DNA of 64,000 nucleotides from the NCBI GenBank assembly GCA_963842085.1, contig CAWJET010000002.1:1568001-1632000 (forward strand). The letters are read 5' to 3'. This document shows positions 29,756-40,892 of this stretch, piece after piece (positions within the stretch are counted from its first letter, which is position 1; each line of letters opens with the position of its first letter). The position numbers and the translations under genes are program-made. The notes beneath the pieces are model-generated. The model was given only the letters and a program-made list of their open reading frames with translations. It had not been told where the DNA came from and did no database searches. Source of the DNA: an uncultured delta proteobacterium (GTDB taxonomy: Bacteria; Desulfobacterota; Binatia; Binatales; Binataceae).

Positions 29756-31715
29756 GAACCCCGACGGCGTCTTTCCCGCACCGTCTCATCGCGGCACTTG
29801 CGTTTCAGTTGTTTGCCGCGATTCTTGCAACATCGGCAACCGCAGACGGCGCCTTGTCCGCGCGCTTGCGCGAAGCGGACCTGCAGCAAATCGACACCAT
29901 CGTCCAGTCTGAGATCGATTCAGGGAGAACCCACGGCGCCGTCGTCGAGATAGGGCAGGGCAACCAGGTCCTTTATCGTCGCGCCTTCGGAAATCGCGAG
30001 CTCGAGCCCCGCCCAGTCGCAATGACACCCGATACGATTTTCGATCTCGCCTCGCTCACCAAACCCGTCGCTACCGCGGTTGCGATAATGCAGCTAACCG
30101 AGCGTGGCAGGATCGACCTCGACATGCCGGTTGCGACCTACTGGCCCGCATTCGCGCGCAATGGCAAGGAAGGCGTTACGATTCGCCAGTTGATGACGCA
30201 CTATTCCGGCCTCGCGGCAGACCTGGACCTGAGCCGCAAATGGACCGGCTACGCGACAGCGATGAAGATGATCGAGGATGCGAGGCCGATTCATCCTCCG
30301 GGAACGCACTACGAGTACAGCGACATCAATTTCGAGGCGCTCGGCGAGGTAGTTAGGCGCGTGGCTAAGCTTCCGCTGGACGAGTATTGCCGCATCAACA
30401 TCTTCAAGCCGCTCGGAATGGCTGATACCGGTTTTAATCCGCCTGCAAGAGAGCTCAATCGCATTGCACCGACTGAATTCATCGACGGCAAATTGCGCGT
30501 CGGAACAGTTAACGATCCGACTGCGGCGCGAATGGGCGGCGTTGCGGGTCACGCTGGACTGTTCTCTACAGCCGACGACCTGGCGATCTTCGCGCGGATG
30601 CTGGTTGACGGCCGGCGCGCTGGCGCGGTCACGATTCTTTCTCCGCTTTCGATCGACGAAATGACGATTCCTCAATCGCCGGTCGACGCGCCTGATGCAA
30701 GCCACTTGCGCGGGCTCGGATGGGATCTCGGCGCGCCGCTGTGTGCGAATCGCGAGCAGCTTCTGCCGGTCGGCTCATACGGTCATTTTGGATTCACCGG
30801 AACCATGCTGTGGATCGACCCCGTTTCTTCCACCTATGCGATCGTCTTGACCAACCGCACGTATCCAAACGGCGCGGGTGATGCGGGTCCGTTGCGGCGG
30901 GAACTGCTCACGTTGATTTCAGATCGACTCGGCGACCTGTCCGAGGATAGCATCGTCGAACGTCGGCCTTCGCTGAACTCCTTCTGCACGTTGGCCCAGC
31001 GCACTCCCACTCACACAACGGTTATGAGTGGCGCCGACGTTTTGGCGGGTGACGAATTCGCTCAACTCAAAGGGGCGCGCGTCGGATTAATCACCAACCA
31101 GACCGGCGTCATTCAGGCCGGTACTGGTGATATCGAAGCACTCTCACACTCGCGTGGCGTGACGCTGCGCGCGATCTTCAGTCCCGAGCATGGCCTGCAA
31201 GGCGATATCGATGAGGGCATCGCGTCTGGCATCGCGCCCGTGACGGGTCCGCACCTCTTCAGCTTGTATGGTGAGACGCTGCGTCCGAGTTCGGAAATGC
31301 TCGACGGCGTCGATGCGATGGTGTTTGACGTTCAGGACTCGGGCGCGCGCTTCTACACTTATGTCACGACCATGGCCTACGCGATGGAAGAAGCGGCGCA
31401 CCACGGCATCGACTTCTATGTGCTCGATCGCCCGAATCCGATTTCGAGCGCAGTCGTGCAAGGCCCGATCATGGATGCCGACTTGAAATCGTTTACCGGG
31501 TATTTTCCGCTGCCGACGCGTCACGGCATGACGGTCGGCGAGCTTGCCGAAATGTTTAATGGTGAAAACCACATGACGCGACCCTCTCGATGGTTGGTTC
31601 ACGCCAGACGCTCGAGCAAATCAAATCAGGCGTGGATCCGAAAGAGATCGTCGCGGGTTGGCAGGCGGACCTGGAGAATTTCCGCATTCTGCGAGCGCGC
31701 TATCTGATGTACTAG
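29743..31715 (+). pseudogene. Serine hydrolase (beta-lactamase family) fused to NamZ/DUF1343; internal deletion near 31575
   Basis: ASLTK, YEYSD, GHFGFTG; GLITNQTG, SPEHG, DVQDSGARFYTY, DRPNP, RHGMTVGE. The tail ...EIVAGWQADLENFRILRARYLMY* is out of frame and the intervening NamZ sequence is absent. Confidence 0.8.
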
Positions 31716-32158
31716 TCTTTGCTTTTCTCCTCTCCCTGCGAGCGTTAGCAAGTAAGGATGACCCCATGCTCGTGACGATTGCTGACGTTCGGCCAAGCTG
31801 AGCTTGCTAGACTCGAAGGCAATGTCGCCCGGCACCAGTACCTCCGCCGCAGACGCACTGCCTTCGCGTCGCGCACGACGCTAACTTCATGGGGCAGCAG
31901 TTTTCGCAGTGCGCCAGAGTCTGCTCGGCTCAGTGCCCTTGCCATAAGGAAAACACGCCGCTGCCTGTAATCACGGTGGGATTGCCTAGCCAATACCAGC
32001 TTCCTGGACATTGATGCATTAGGCGCCACAGGAATGTAGCGATCGGATACAGCAGGCCGTTGCTTGGGGGGTTTTCCAGTTGCTTTAAAACTGGCAAGGA
32101 GTTGCTGAGTATCACAGGCGAACGGAGCAAGAATCAGCCCGTCTACTCCTGAGAGTGC

Positions 32159-32368
32159 GTGACCATGCCGGACCGGCTCGATCTAACGGATACAGCGTGC
32201 ATGGCGGCCAAGCGCGCTGGAGTGAAACTGGTGATATCAAGCGATTCGCACTCGACGCGCGAGTTCGACTCGCTCGTCTACGGAGTCAATCAGGCGCGGC
32301 GCGGCTGGTTAGAAGCGGCCGATGTGTTGAATACGCGTCCGCTCAAGTCGCTGCATTTGCGGAGTTAG
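32159..32368 (+). pseudogene. polX: C-terminal PHP-domain fragment of DNA polymerase X
   Basis: PDRLDLTD..LVISSDSHS..YGVNQARRGWLEAADVLNTRPL. Confidence 0.8.
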
Positions 32369-32440
32369 ACGAGCGGTGAAAATTCCAATTAGAAACTCGA
32401 TGGCGGAAGAGACGCTGCCGGACCCTCAGGAGACGGTCCC

Positions 32441-32866
32441 ATGAAACAACTCTTTAAGACTATCGTCTGCCCGATCGATCTCGAGGCTCACATGAAGAGT
32501 GCTCTTGAAATGGCTCGGCAACTGGCCGAACAAAACGCAGCAAGGGTATGCCTGATTCATGTCGTCACTCCGCAGTTGCCCGGTCCCATAGAGCCGGCTC
32601 CGGGGTGGGAGAACAAAGCCCAGAGGAAACTTGACGCTATCGCGAGAGAAAATTTCGGCGACAAGGTTCAGTGGCAGGCCAGTATAGTTAAAGGCGAAGC
32701 GAGTTCGGCAATTATCCGAGCCGCCAAGCAACTCGGCGCTGATCTGATAGTGATGGCAACGCACAGGTACACCGGCCTGAACCGGGTGCTTCTTGGGAGT
32801 GTCACGGAACTGGTCGTTCGAGAATCGCCGATTCCCGTCCTCACACTTGGACCTGAGCGCAACTAA
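32441..32866 (+). CDS. Universal stress protein
   Basis: IVCPID, ADLIVMATH, LLGSVTELVVR. Confidence 0.95.
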   Translation: MKQLFKTIVCPIDLEAHMKSALEMARQLAEQNAARVCLIHVVTPQLPGPIEPAPGWENKAQRKLDAIARENFGDKVQWQASIVKGEASSAIIRAAKQLGADLIVMATHRYTGLNRVLLGSVTELVVRESPIPVLTLGPERN

Positions 32867-32944
32867 AGAACGCATCGGCCGTCCACCAGCGGAATTACGG
32901 AATTTTTCGGGGTTGGAAGTTCGAGAATCTCTGATTCAAGCAGC

Positions 32945-34381
32945 ATGGAATTAGTCAAGATCAACGATCATCTTTGGGAGATTCCCAGAACTGGCGCGAT
33001 GCTGGTCCCCGGGCGTATCTATGCCAACGCGCGGATGATCGCGGAGTTGCGAGATGATCCGGCGCTTGGCCAGGTCGCCAACGTTGCCTGTCTGCCCGGC
33101 ATCGTGGGTTACTCGCTGGCGATGCCCGACATTCATTGGGGCTATGGCTTTCCGATCGGCGGCGTAGCGGCCCTCGATGCTGACGTCGGTGTAATCTCGC
33201 CAGGGGGCGTCGGCTACGACATTAACTGCGGCGTGCGCTTGGCGCGTACAAATCTCGATTTCAAGTCGGTGCAGCCGCGAATCGATCGCCTTGCCGATGC
33301 ACTCTTCACAGAGATTCCCGCCGGCGTCGGCTCCGAGGGCGCGATTCCCGGCTTGTCGATTCAAGAACTCAAGCAAGTCGCCCGAGACGGCGCGCATTGG
33401 GCACTTGACCATGGATATGCCAGCGAGCGCGACCTCGAGCGCACGGAAGAAGGCGGAAGGCTCGAAGGCGCAGATCCTGAGAGCGTAAGCTTGCGCGCGT
33501 ACCAACGAGGATCGAAACAGATCGGCACACTAGGTTCCGGCAATCACTTCCTTGAAATCAGCCGCGTCGATCAAATTCATGACATCGAGGCTGCCGAAGC
33601 ACTAGGATTGGCGATGGATCAGGTTACGGTTCTCATCCACTCGGGCTCGCGCGGCCTGGGCCATCAGACCTGCGACGACTATCTGAAAACCGTCGAGCGG
33701 GCGATGACGCGCTACGAAATCAGACTCCCCGATCGTCAGTTAGCCGCGGCTCCGATCGACTCGCCCGAAGGGCAGGCGTACTTGGGCGCGATGGCAGCCG
33801 CTGCCAACTTCGCCTGGTGCAACCGGCAGGTCATGATGCACCTGGCGGAGCAGGCTTTCATCGAAGCGCTGTCAGTTAGTCCAAAAGAGTTGGGCTTCTC
33901 GCTGGTGTACGACGTCTGCCATAACATCGCCAAATTCGAAGAGCACATCGTGGACGGGCGCAAGCGCCGCCTTTGCGTGCATCGCAAGGGCGCGACACGG
34001 GCGTTCGCGCGCGGGAATCTCGCTCTGCCAGAGGCGCTGCGTCCGCTGGGTCAGCCCGTGCTGATCCCCGGCGATATGAGCCGCTACTCGTTCGTGCTTT
34101 TGGGACTAGAAGCGGCGATGCGCGAGACGTTCGGCTCGTCCTGCCATGGCGCGGGGCGGGTGATGAGCCGAATGAAAGCCAAGAAAGAGGGCCGCGGACG
34201 CGACCTGAGCGCCGAATTGAGAGCGGAGGGTATCACGGTGCGTGCCCACAGCCGCAGCGGAATTGCCGAGGAGATGCCCTACGCATACAAGGACGTGGCG
34301 GAGGTTGTCGAGGTTATGGAAGCGGCAGGGGTGACGCGCCGGGTCGCACGACTCAAACCTTTCGCCGTCATAAAAGGCTGA
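32945..34381 (+). CDS. rtcB: RNA ligase RtcB (archaeal/eukaryotic-like, archease-associated type)
   Basis: MPDIHWGYGFPIGG, GYDINCG, GSGNHF, HSGSRG, HNIAK, HRKGATR, HGAGR, EEMPYAYK. Confidence 0.95.
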   Translation: MELVKINDHLWEIPRTGAMLVPGRIYANARMIAELRDDPALGQVANVACLPGIVGYSLAMPDIHWGYGFPIGGVAALDADVGVISPGGVGYDINCGVRLARTNLDFKSVQPRIDRLADALFTEIPAGVGSEGAIPGLSIQELKQVARDGAHWALDHGYASERDLERTEEGGRLEGADPESVSLRAYQRGSKQIGTLGSGNHFLEISRVDQIHDIEAAEALGLAMDQVTVLIHSGSRGLGHQTCDDYLKTVERAMTRYEIRLPDRQLAAAPIDSPEGQAYLGAMAAAANFAWCNRQVMMHLAEQAFIEALSVSPKELGFSLVYDVCHNIAKFEEHIVDGRKRRLCVHRKGATRAFARGNLALPEALRPLGQPVLIPGDMSRYSFVLLGLEAAMRETFGSSCHGAGRVMSRMKAKKEGRGRDLSAELRAEGITVRAHSRSGIAEEMPYAYKDVAEVVEVMEAAGVTRRVARLKPFAVIKG

Positions 34382-34818
34382 TGTCCCCGAAACGCAACGA
34401 CGATGCGCCGCTATTCCGCGAGTTCGAGCACACTGGCGACGTTGGGATCGAGTTGAATGCTCCCAGCCGAGCCGGGCTGTTCCGGCGCGCGTGCGTCGCG
34501 CTCGCTTCTCTTCTGGTAAAGACAAGCGACGTCGAGCGGTCCGAAAAGCGGACTGTAAGGGTCCAAGCCGAGACCGATTCGGACCTGATGCACGATCTGC
34601 TCACTGAACTGCTCTGCCTTTTCACCGTGGAGAATTTCATCTGGCGCGATGCGTCGGTCAGGGAAGATCACGGATCTCTGCGCGTCACGCTGGAAGGCGA
34701 GCATTTCGATCCATCGCGTCACTCGTTTCGCGGCGAGATCAAAGCGGTGACTTATCATGAACTCGCGGTGACGAATTCATCCAAGGGATGGCGCGCGCGC
34801 GTAATCTTCGATGTGTAA
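34381..34818 (+). CDS. Archease
   Basis: EHTGDVG..EIKAVTYHEL..VIFDV; the ATG overlaps the rtcB TGA. Confidence 0.95.
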   Translation: MSPKRNDDAPLFREFEHTGDVGIELNAPSRAGLFRRACVALASLLVKTSDVERSEKRTVRVQAETDSDLMHDLLTELLCLFTVENFIWRDASVREDHGSLRVTLEGEHFDPSRHSFRGEIKAVTYHELAVTNSSKGWRARVIFDV

Positions 34819-34965
34819 ATGGCAGCTGCTACGCACCCGCGCGAGTATCTGATCGTCCCTCGGTGAATCCAAGAGTCCAGACTTTTCGCTGCTTTCGGAA
34901 TTTTTGGTAAGCACACCTGCTCAATCGCACGCGCTGGGTTGGACTCATGGCTGCTCGCTACTCGG

Positions 34966-35925
34966 CTACTTACCGCGCACGATCGAGCTTGGGTTGCGTT
35001 CGAGATAGTCGGTCAGCTCGCGCATCGAGCGTGCCGAGCGGGACACCTCGATTAGGGTTTGGTTGAGCTGGTAGGCGAGCGGCGCCTGCGGATCGAAGGT
35101 CGCTTGGAGATTGGCAAGGGTGGCTTGCGCCTGCGCCAGAGTCGCATTTGCCTTGTCGGCCGTCTGGCGCAAGCTCTGGGCCAGCGGGCCGGTTTGCGCG
35201 TTCATGTTGTTGGCGAGGCGGCGAACGCTTGACGCGGTAGCTGCCAGCTCCGCCGAAGCCTCTGCTAGATTGGCCACGGCATCCTGCAATTGCTGCGAGG
35301 TCGTAAACTTTTTTAGCGCCTCCAGCGTCGCACTCAGGTCGGACAACGCCTTGTCGAAATCGGCTCGTTGCAGATGCTCAAGAATCTGCGTGACCGTAAC
35401 TTGCGCCTGCTCTAGCGCAGTCGGAATCGTCGGAATTTCTACGTACTCCTCGTTCTGCTGCTGCACAAAGTTGGCGGGTGTGTCGGGCAGCATCTCGAGG
35501 TCTACGTACAGAATCCCCGTCAGGAGACTTTCCATCGCCAGCACGCCACGCAATCCGTGCTGCACGGCGCGCTTGATATGCTCTGGGTCGGCCAAATCGG
35601 TGTTACGGACGCCGCGCGTGCGCATTCTCTTCTCGTCGAGCTCGACGATCACCGCGATTTTGACTTTTGCTGGAATTTCCTCCACCGGCTCGCCGTGCGG
35701 ATTGAAGCCGAGCTGAATTTCCTTGACCGTGCCGACAGGCACACCTTCCATCTTCACAGCCGCCCCCACCAGTAGGCCGTTCACGCTGCCCGAAAAATAC
35801 ATCACGTATTGCTGGGTCTTTCGGAAGAGGCGTCCCGAGCCAAGCGCGATGATCGTGATGACGACGATCGCGATGGCTCCGACCAAGAATGCTCCGATCA
35901 GCGTCGGGCTTACGCGCCTACCCAT
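34966..35925 (-). CDS. MCE/MlaD-family protein
   Basis: TM, then FSGSVNGLLVGAAVKMEGVPVG, SLLTGILYVDL, coiled coil, ERNPSSIVRGK. Confidence 0.9.
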   Translation of the reverse strand: MGRRVSPTLIGAFLVGAIAIVVITIIALGSGRLFRKTQQYVMYFSGSVNGLLVGAAVKMEGVPVGTVKEIQLGFNPHGEPVEEIPAKVKIAVIVELDEKRMRTRGVRNTDLADPEHIKRAVQHGLRGVLAMESLLTGILYVDLEMLPDTPANFVQQQNEEYVEIPTIPTALEQAQVTVTQILEHLQRADFDKALSDLSATLEALKKFTTSQQLQDAVANLAEASAELAATASSVRRLANNMNAQTGPLAQSLRQTADKANATLAQAQATLANLQATFDPQAPLAYQLNQTLIEVSRSARSMRELTDYLERNPSSIVRGK

Positions 35926-36739
35926 CGGTCCGAGCCTCCGCGCGCTCTTCGAAGTCAGGACGGAGAAATCTTTGTACAGCCGGAATGTCGCAATGGTCGC
36001 GCAGTTCGCGCGGATCGCCTTGCGCAATCATCCGGCGCGATATCCCATCGAGGAACACGGAGTTGTTTGCGATCATGAAGATGCTGGCGAGGTCATGCGT
36101 GACGACCATGATCGTCGCGCCCAGACTGTCGCGGAGCTCGATGATCAGTTCATTGAGGAGTCGGGTGCTTATCGGATCGAGTCCCGCCGACGGCTCGTCA
36201 AAGAAGAGCACGTCCGGATCCAGCGCCATGGCGCGCGCCAGCGCGGCGCGTTTCTGCATGCCGCCGCTGATTTGGCTTGGATAATACTCTTCGAAACCCT
36301 TAAGTCCGACCAAAGCGAGCTTGAGCCGCGCGATTTCACGAATCTCGTCCTCGCTCAGATCGGTGAACTCGCCGAGCGGCAATCCGATGTTCTCTGCGAG
36401 TGTCATCGAACTCCAGAGCGCACCTGACTGATAGGTTACCCCGAAGCGCCGGAGCATCCGCTGGCGTTCCTCCGCTGACGCTCGGGTGAAGCTCACTCCT
36501 TCGTACAGGATTTCGCCGCGCGCCGGCTCGAGCAGCCCGATCATGTGACGCAGCAGCGTAGACTTGCCACATCCGCTCCCGCCCATCACAGTGACGATTT
36601 CACCGCGACGCACGATGAAGTTCAGGTCGCGCATCACCACAAAGTCGCCAAACGCCATTGTGAGGTCGCGAACTTCGATTCGCGCCTTGGAGGTGTCGGT
36701 GCGTGCCAGCGTCGCGCCTGCTTCGTTCGGTTTCGCCAT
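35918..36739 (-). CDS. MlaF-type ABC ATPase
   Basis: GGSGCGKS, QSGALW, SGGMQKRAALARA, DEPSAGLDP. Confidence 0.9.
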   Translation of the reverse strand: MAKPNEAGATLARTDTSKARIEVRDLTMAFGDFVVMRDLNFIVRRGEIVTVMGGSGCGKSTLLRHMIGLLEPARGEILYEGVSFTRASAEERQRMLRRFGVTYQSGALWSSMTLAENIGLPLGEFTDLSEDEIREIARLKLALVGLKGFEEYYPSQISGGMQKRAALARAMALDPDVLFFDEPSAGLDPISTRLLNELIIELRDSLGATIMVVTHDLASIFMIANNSVFLDGISRRMIAQGDPRELRDHCDIPAVQRFLRPDFEERAEARTDG

Positions 36740-36752
36740 TCGCTGTCCGGGC

Positions 36753-37904
36753 TCATATACCAAGCGCGTGATAGATGAACGCAAAGATGCCGCACGCAAT
36801 GACAATCATCACGATTCCGGTCGCGACCGCTGCGGTGGTCGCCTCGCCGACCGCCGACGAACTGCTGCCGCATTGAAATCCGCGCATGCATCCGGATAGC
36901 GCCACCAGCGCGCCGTAAACGGTGGCCTTGACGAGTCCGCCAATTATGTAACCTGCGGTTATCGAGCGGGCGGTTTCGTGCAAATAGACGGTCAGCGAAA
37001 TACCGAGCATCAGCGATCCGATGGTCGCACCGCCAAAGATGGCGATCAGATCCGAGTAGAGGCACAGCAGCGGCATCATCAATGTCAGCGCGATCATGCG
37101 GGGCAGCACGAGAAACTCGAGCGGCGAAATTCCCATCGTCGACAGCGCGTCGATTTCCTCGGTCACCTTCATCGTGCCGAGCGCCGCCGCGAACGCGGCT
37201 CCGGTGCGCCCGGCCATGATGATCGCCGTCATCATCGCGCCCATCTCGCGTGTGACGCCGATTCCAACCAGGTCGGCGACGTAGATTTGAGCGCCGAACT
37301 GACGGAGTTGGATCGCGCCCATGAAGGCCAAGATGATTCCGACCAGGTAGCTGATTAGCGCGACGATTCCGAGCGCGTCCGCGCCGCACTGCTGAATCGC
37401 GAGCATCAAGTCCGACCTGCGAAAGCGAGCCTGCCCGCGCATCATTCGGCCGAACGCAAGGATCACTTCTCCGATGAAATCCAGAGAGTCGGCGACCGAT
37501 TGACCGTAACCGATACTGACGGTACCAAGGCGCTCGAGAATCCCAGCGTGCCGAACCTCGCGGCGCGCACCTTCCGTTTCGGGCACCGCTCGCGCCAAAT
37601 CGAGCAGGCGTTGTACGCCCTCGGGCAAGCCGGCGCGGTCGACGGCGATCGAGCGCACATCGCAAGCTTCGATCAGTACTTCTACATAAGCGACGAGCCC
37701 GCTTCCCCACCCGCGCAGAGCGGTGGTGTCGAAGGTGATTCGTGCGGGGCGTGGCGCAGTGTCGAGTACTCTTTCGAACGGCACATCGGCCACGCCGGCG
37801 AGGTGGAGGCGCCACTCGCCCGCGAGCCGAACCATCACGCTCGCGTCAGTCGTGCGCGAAAACGAAACGTGAGCGGAGGCGGCGGTGCTTGGGGAAGAAA
37901 CCAT
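36753..37904 (-). CDS. MlaE-type permease with an N-terminal STAS-like domain
   Basis: REMGAMMTAIIMAGRTGAAFAAALGTMKVTEEIDAL, LVLPR. Confidence 0.9.
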   Translation of the reverse strand: MVSSPSTAASAHVSFSRTTDASVMVRLAGEWRLHLAGVADVPFERVLDTAPRPARITFDTTALRGWGSGLVAYVEVLIEACDVRSIAVDRAGLPEGVQRLLDLARAVPETEGARREVRHAGILERLGTVSIGYGQSVADSLDFIGEVILAFGRMMRGQARFRRSDLMLAIQQCGADALGIVALISYLVGIILAFMGAIQLRQFGAQIYVADLVGIGVTREMGAMMTAIIMAGRTGAAFAAALGTMKVTEEIDALSTMGISPLEFLVLPRMIALTLMMPLLCLYSDLIAIFGGATIGSLMLGISLTVYLHETARSITAGYIIGGLVKATVYGALVALSGCMRGFQCGSSSSAVGEATTAAVATGIVMIVIACGIFAFIYHALGI

Positions 37905-38710
37905 TGGCTTTCAGGTGTGCTTATTCAAAACCTCAACCCCGGACATATTGGTGCAAAGCTGGCCGAGGATTGGCATCGCCGTGACGCTAACAAAACTCGT
38001 GCGCCCGCTGAATATCTGTAGCATCTTTATTTTCGCAGTTGCGAGAATCTCCCCAGACAGTTCGTCGCGGTCTGTACGCCTCTTGCTGCCGCAAGAGCCG
38101 AAGCATTGCTCTTGCCTTAAAGTTGCCGATCGGCGGATAGACTTTTTCAGGGTCAAGATGACGAAGCGCCAGAGAATCGCGTCGAGCATCCAAGAGGGAG
38201 CGGTGCGGGACTGAATATTACCGATGGCTTCGGCTTCCCTAGTCCGTAATCCTCACACTCAACATAGGGCTCGATGATGTGTCGACCTTCGATGCCTTAC
38301 CTCTCTGGCATTGCTCCATTGCTTTGGTCGACTCGAGTGGCGCTCTCCTGGCGCTTTATCTCTGGAACGACAACGCATTCGTGAAGTGTCAGCGATTGTT
38401 TAAACATGAACTTCTTGCCGGCATTGGTGATCCGGCGCTAGAGCCGGTTGAGATTGTCGAATGCGCGCTTCACCTCTGCCGATGCTGCTCTGATCCGGAA
38501 ACCGAAGAACTGAATTCCGGGGCGCTTGGCCTCAGTCTCAGGACCACGCAGGCTGGAACTGAACAGCGTCATTACGTTTCGGCCGAGTCGTAAACCAAAC
38601 GATCACCGGCGCTCGGGATTTCAGTGCCTCGACGCGACGCGCAAACTTGACTCTTGCAGGTGCCGATGTGTGAACGAGAATTATCGATCGCGAATGTGAG
38701 CCCGCGCCTA

Positions 38711-38929
38711 TCATCCTCTCTTCCTTGTTTCCGCGCACCGTTTCTTCATCGCAAGTGATATTCGCTTCCTGGCCGCTGCAGACATGCGGCGGCGGGATGC
38801 CTCAGCTTTTGCTCTACGTGCTTTACGTGGAGTCGCTGCGGGCGATGCTGCTCCCGCCAGAGCTGCGATCGCGCGCACAAGCCGGTCTCGTTGGCTCTTC
38901 AATTCCGCTACGATGCCATCAAGATTCAC
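38711..38929 (-). CDS. Small basic putative DNA-binding protein
   Basis: GGAGG RBS; coiled coil IVAELKSQRDRL..AIAAL, then RRRMSAAARKRISLAMKKR. Confidence 0.65.
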   Translation of the reverse strand: MNLDGIVAELKSQRDRLVRAIAALAGAASPAATPRKARRAKAEASRRRMSAAARKRISLAMKKRCAETRKRG

Positions 38930-39384
38930 GAATGTACCTCCCCATGGGCCCGGCGCTCGAGGTCGTCTAAGGCGACGATAACGCTGAGCGCGCTTCGCTG
39001 AATAGGTCTATAAGCTGACAAAAGAGTCCACAACGTTCAACGTTTCGGCGCAGAGCCCATTGAAGGGCAAGTTTCACCCTGCGCCAAATAAATTTATTGG
39101 CCCGCTTTTTTTCGCAAATCACTGAACTCCAATCCTGAGCCGCCCCTTTCCCACTTTTGAGACCGCGGTACGCGCCTCCTGCTCCCTCAGCGCTCTGCGG
39201 ATACCAGCGCGCCATCGCACCCAACTCAGGAGTGCTTTTCGGCAGGGCCCTAAGATGTATTTTCGCGTGCGCGCGGATTAAATCTTGCGATCGAGTTAAA
39301 GAATACCGAAAGGTCCGTGCTTGCGACCTGGTGCCGCATCCGGCCAACTGGCGGAGCCATCCTGACAATCAGGCATCGGGGGGC

Positions 39385-39800
39385 AGGCCAGCTCTCCCGC
39401 CAGATCACAGAGGCATTTCCGTGGGACACCGCGCCACGCCACCTGCTGCGAGACCGCGACACCTCGTACGGGGGATACTTTCAGGAGCGAGTTCGGGTCA
39501 TGGGGATCACAGAGGTAGTTACGGCGCCACGATCGCCCTGGCAGAATGCCTACGTCCAGCGCGTCATCGGCTCGATTCGCGGCGAGTGTCTCGACCATGT
39601 GGTCGTGATTAACGAGCGGCACCTGCGCCGGGTCCTGATCTCGTACGCCAATTACTATCACCACTGGCGCGCCCATCTGTCGCTTGACAAAGACTGCCCG
39701 GATGCTCGCCCCGTCCAACCGCCAAACCGCGGCAAGGTCATCGCAATTCGCAAGTCGGCGGACTTCACCATCGTTACGAACGCCTCGCCGCCTGACCCTC
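39385..39800 (+). pseudogene. Integrase-core transposase fragment
   Basis: QITEAFPWDTAPRHLLRDRD..APRSPWQNAYV..IGSIRGECLDH. Confidence 0.85.
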
Positions 39801-39984
39801 TTTTAAGGCAGCGCAATCTCCAATAGTTGCCCTGCGTGGAGACCTTGCCATCGCATGCAAAATCCACATGGGGAATACCAACTACCCGGACTGACCAGCG
39901 CGATCGGGGATCAGGTCATACGTTTCATCGCACAGTACTCGCCGCAACTCGGAATCTCACGCGAAGATGGAGTTTTGCGCAACC

Positions 39985-40250
39985 ACAAGAGGTTCTGCGT
40001 TAATCCCTTCCTTGCGGCACAACTCGGCCACACTGTCCTCGCCGCGCAGGCTCACGATCCTGACCTTGTCCTCGGCCGAGAAGTGCCGCCGGGTCGGCGC
40101 GCCTTATATCGCGTACCGCCTTCTCCGCCTCTTACGACTGCGTATCGATTTTCGATCTCATCTCCCGCTCCTTCCGCGGTTAAAGATGAGCCAAAAATCC
40201 TCTCTTCCTCAATCGTCAGAAACTGTCCAACTTGTGCTGACGGGGAGCAC
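39985..40250 (-). pseudogene. Degenerate IS3-family orfA and left end
   Basis: RRHFSAEDKVRIV...EDSVAELCRKEGI across frameshifts. Confidence 0.6.
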
Positions 40251-40646
40251 GGCGAAGGCACGCGGTCGTGTGGTATAAAGAAAAGAATGCGTGCCAGGGC
40301 TCAAGCGGGGACCAAAGCGTACTTGTCAACAGCTGAAATGATCAGACGGTGACTCATACTTCTCACCGAGTAAACTGACCGCGAAGCATGGAGTGGTGGC
40401 GATGAGAAAAGCGCAAAGTATCACGACGTTTCAACGCATTGAGCGTTATCTTGCAGCTGGACACTGAAGCGCGGTCGAGGAGCCGACCCTTTCGATCTCC
40501 TGGGATCAATTGAAATCACGTGAGGTAATTTGAAGGGGGCGCTGCATTTGATTCACCATCGTGGTCGTCGAGTTTTGAGAGACAGTCGAACCTCAAACGT
40601 GCATCGGATTGTGCAGCATCGGCGATCGCTCCCGTCCTGCTTTCTG

Positions 40647-40892
40647 CTAGTGAGTGCGCGAGCGCAGGTAGGCAACGCAGCCGCTTAAGCTGGTCATTTT
40701 GGGATAGTCCGCCTCCGGAATATCGACTCCGGTCGCTTCGTGAATAGCGATCGCGAGGTTCAGGATGTCCATCGAGTCGAGGTCGACTTGTTCGCGCAGA
40801 TCGACCGCCGGGTCGATTTCGCTCAGCTCGACCTCGGGTGCGATCTTGTGCAGCTCGCGCAGGTAGAGCGCTTTTATCTCGTCGTCGGTCAC
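40647..40892 (-). CDS. Acyl carrier protein
   Basis: DLDSMD phosphopantetheine site, IPEADYP. Confidence 0.85.
   Translation of the reverse strand: MTDDEIKALYLRELHKIAPEVELSEIDPAVDLREQVDLDSMDILNLAIAIHEATGVDIPEADYPKMTSLSGCVAYLRSRTH

Noticed and set aside
37911-38593. Short ORFs upstream of mlaE, and similarly 42731..43195 and 31745..32130
   Set aside because: No recognisable family or clear RBS; probably intergenic debris.
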